A DNA stretch of 64,000 bases from Bacteroidales bacterium (lineage in GTDB: Bacteria; Bacteroidota; Bacteroidia; Bacteroidales; UBA1715). Position numbers and translations under genes: made by a program. The number at the start of each line of letters is the position of its first letter. The first letter of the stretch is position 1. Below are positions 61,780 through 64,000 of the stretch, in pieces. The stretch covers positions 404-64,403 of the forward strand of contig JAITUU010000055.1 of NCBI GenBank assembly GCA_031286165.1, read 5' to 3'. Below the pieces are notes generated by a model. The model was not told the origin of the DNA, ran no database searches, and was given only the letters and a program-made list of their open reading frames with translations.

Positions 61780-62413
61780 GTCTGAATCTATTGAACAATT
61801 AGTTGCCGATAATTTATTGCAAATAAAAGCAATTAAACTCGAACCAACAAATCCATTTACGTGGGCAAGCGGTTGGAAATCGCCCATCTATTGCGACAAT
61901 CGCAAAATTCTCTCCTATCCTGCCATTCGCAAAGTGGTGAGTCGTGCCTTTGTGGAAAAAATCCGCTCACTCTATCCCGATGTGGAAATTATAGCCGGAG
62001 TGGCTACCGGGGCAATTGCCATAGGAATGTTGGTAGCCGAAGAAATGGGTTTACCCTTTATTTACGTGCGTCCCGAAGCAAAAAAACACGGACTTGCCAA
62101 TAGTATAGAAGGTGTGTATGCAGCCGGGCAGCGTATTGTGGTAATTGAAGATTTGATTTCCACCGGCGGCAGCAGCATTAAGGCAATAGAGGCACTACGT
62201 GCCGCAGAGTGCAATGTACTTGGTATGGTTGCTATTTTCACCTACGGTTTCGATGTGGCTACACACAATTTTGCTGCCATTAATTGTACCATTCACACAT
62301 TGAGTAATTACAACGCGCTTATAAGCAGAGCGGTAGAAAAACAATATATTACTCAAAACGATGTGGCACAACTGCAAGAATGGCGCAAAAATCCTGCGGA
62401 ATGGGGAGTGTAA
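61778..62413 (+). CDS. pyrE: Orotate phosphoribosyltransferase
   Basis: 211 aa. FTWASGWKSPIYCDNR and the PRPP-binding loop VVIEDLISTGGSS. Confidence 0.9.
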   Translation: MSESIEQLVADNLLQIKAIKLEPTNPFTWASGWKSPIYCDNRKILSYPAIRKVVSRAFVEKIRSLYPDVEIIAGVATGAIAIGMLVAEEMGLPFIYVRPEAKKHGLANSIEGVYAAGQRIVVIEDLISTGGSSIKAIEALRAAECNVLGMVAIFTYGFDVATHNFAAINCTIHTLSNYNALISRAVEKQYITQNDVAQLQEWRKNPAEWGV

Positions 62414-62458
62414 TAATTAATTATGTAATGATTAATGGTTAATTGAAAAAATAAAACA

Positions 62459-63364
62459 ATGTCTATTTCAGTTCACAATCTCACAAAGTACTACGGCGAA
62501 CAAAAAGCGGTAAACGATATTTCCTTCGAGGTGCAAAGCGGCGAAATCGTTGCCTTCATAGGTCCGAACGGAGCAGGAAAATCAACCACCATGAAAATCA
62601 TTACCGGCTACATTGCCGATTTTGAAGGCACGGTGCAGGTAAACGGACTTGATGTGCGCACACAGGCTTTGGACGTAAAAAAAATAATCGGCTACCTACC
62701 CGAACACAATCCGCTGTATTTGGAAATGTATGTGCGTGAATATTTGGAATTTATGCTCCGCGCCTATGAAATTCCACCGCCATTTACACTCACAATAGAT
62801 GCAGTGATAGAACAAACCGGCTTGCAACAAGAACAGCACAAAAAAATCGGTGCGCTCTCAAAAGGCTACCGCCAGCGCGTGGGTTTGGCAGCAGTGCTCA
62901 TTCACAATCCCAAAGTGCTGATATTAGACGAACCCACCACCGGACTTGACCCCAACCAAATTATAGAAATTCGCAACCTGATAGCCGAAGTAGGTAAAGA
63001 ACGTACTATTCTGCTTTCTACCCACATTATGCAGGAAGTAGAAGCAATTTGCAACCGCGTGATTATAATCAACAACGGCTCCATAGTGGCAAACGACCAC
63101 GCCGCCGGTATCAAACAAAGCGCAGCAAAACCGCCGCTACTGGTAGAGTTTTTAGAAGCAACATCACTTGCCGATTTACAAACAATCAGCGGCGCAGGCG
63201 TAGTAATGCACATTTCCGATAATCGGTGGCTTATACAAGCTGCCGGAAATGACGATATACGAAAACATATTTTCAACTTTGCCGTACAACATTCACTCAC
63301 CGTACTTTCTATGCACGAACAAGAAAAAACGCTGGAAGAAGTATTTCAACAACTCACAAAATAA
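62459..63364 (+). CDS. ABC transporter ATP-binding protein (GldA-like)
   Basis: Walker A GPNGAGKST, signature LSKGYRQR and Walker B LILDEPTTGLD. Size and layout resemble gliding-motility GldA, but this is unverified. Confidence 0.85.
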   Translation: MSISVHNLTKYYGEQKAVNDISFEVQSGEIVAFIGPNGAGKSTTMKIITGYIADFEGTVQVNGLDVRTQALDVKKIIGYLPEHNPLYLEMYVREYLEFMLRAYEIPPPFTLTIDAVIEQTGLQQEQHKKIGALSKGYRQRVGLAAVLIHNPKVLILDEPTTGLDPNQIIEIRNLIAEVGKERTILLSTHIMQEVEAICNRVIIINNGSIVANDHAAGIKQSAAKPPLLVEFLEATSLADLQTISGAGVVMHISDNRWLIQAAGNDDIRKHIFNFAVQHSLTVLSMHEQEKTLEEVFQQLTK

Positions 63365-63473
63365 GATACAAGACACAAGATTTTTAGACACAAGACATAC
63401 AATATGAGTATTGAGATATTTGTAGATATTCATTGTTCTCAGTTCTCAACTAAATAAATAATACCTATATATC
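63365..63473. repeat. Heptad-type spacer in the chromosome (after the ABC ATPase gene)
   Basis: gatacaa gacacaa gattttt agacaca agacata ... gttctca gttctca actaaat aaataat. 15 x 7 + 4 nt fill the gap from stop to ATG exactly. Confidence 0.6.
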
Positions 63474-63992
63474 ATGTACACAATCATAGAAATTTTAAAA
63501 CTCACCATTCCGGGTGTCATTGTGTTTTTTACAGCATTTTACCTCATAAAAATGTTTTTGAAAAACGAAAGCGAAAAACGCAAAGACGACCTGCGAGCGC
63601 AGAATCAAAAAATTACCACGCCCATAAAAGTACAAGCGTATGAACGCTTGGTGCTTTTTTTGGAACGTATCAACCCCGAATCGCTTTTGCTGCGCACACA
63701 AACACCGCACATGCAGGCTGGGCAACTGCACAGCGACCTTTTAGCAACTATTCGCGCGGAATTTGAACACAATCTTTCGCAACAAATTTACGTGTCGCCG
63801 GCATGCTGGCTTGCCGTGAAACGCGCCAAAGAAACCCTCATAACCATTATCAACGAAGAAGCCGCCGGCATAGCCGCTACCGCTCCTGCGCACACACTCA
63901 GTGCCGCAATTTTAAGCCGTATGATAACACAAAAAAATCCTATACCCATAGCCATTGATGCCCTCAAAATTGAGGCACAGGGGTTTATATAA
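63474..63992 (+). CDS. Hypothetical membrane-anchored protein (172 aa)
   Basis: N-terminal TM segment LKLTIPGVIVFFTAFYLIKMFL. Complete ORF ending at 63992. Confidence 0.5.
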   Translation: MYTIIEILKLTIPGVIVFFTAFYLIKMFLKNESEKRKDDLRAQNQKITTPIKVQAYERLVLFLERINPESLLLRTQTPHMQAGQLHSDLLATIRAEFEHNLSQQIYVSPACWLAVKRAKETLITIINEEAAGIAATAPAHTLSAAILSRMITQKNPIPIAIDALKIEAQGFI

Positions 63993-64000
63993 TCTCTTCT

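Noticed and set aside
61777-61887. Long N-terminal extension of the NUDIX gene overlapping pyrE
   Set aside because: The internal ATG at 61779 gives a normal-length NUDIX protein. The extension would overlap 110 nt of pyrE on the opposite strand and has no conserved character.

Overview
The window looks like a Bacteroidota-type chromosome: it has TTG / TAnnTTTG promoter boxes, A/C-rich leaders with no Shine-Dalgarno sequence, and many lipoproteins. Positions 50.96-64.0 kb are ordinary housekeeping DNA (tgt, tsaC, a DAP-decarboxylase-family gene, pgi, rplU-rpmA, a NUDIX gene, pyrE, an ABC ATPase). Positions 1-50.96 kb are nested mobile DNA. (1) The outer element is an integrated phage-like island that ends at a tRNA 3' fragment (attR-like, ~50931-50955); its left end lies outside the window. 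It reads almost entirely on the minus strand. It carries a tightly packed operon of beta-rich and membrane proteins (1-6661), a parE-type TA pair, ASCH and PAPS-reductase-like genes, a decayed C5-methyltransferase, a primase/SF3-helicase gene, and a right-arm array of TA cassettes (GNAT, higBA, PIN) separated by a conserved short repeat. (2) A ~32.0 kb Mu-like transposable prophage (11417-43415) sits inside the helicase gene of the outer element. It is flanked by a 5-bp duplication (TTTCA), and removing it in silico restores the helicase reading frame between Walker A and Walker B. The prophage encodes a repressor, a Ner-like protein, a DDE transposase and a MuB-like ATPase. It also encodes an inverted TerL-portal-MuF block, a protease/scaffold, a capsid protein, a contractile-tail and baseplate module, tail fibres, several opposite-strand morons and an internal lysis cassette. 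Other notable signals are: strictly heptad-periodic (7-nt) intergenic leaders in both prophage and chromosome; six phased 10-bp repeats plus a start-codon-occluding hairpin upstream of the outer element's structural-like operon; a MuF protein with an AT-rich C-terminal Cys/His domain; and internal stop codons that are all TGA. All functional calls come from reading motifs, gene order and sizes by eye. No database search was possible.
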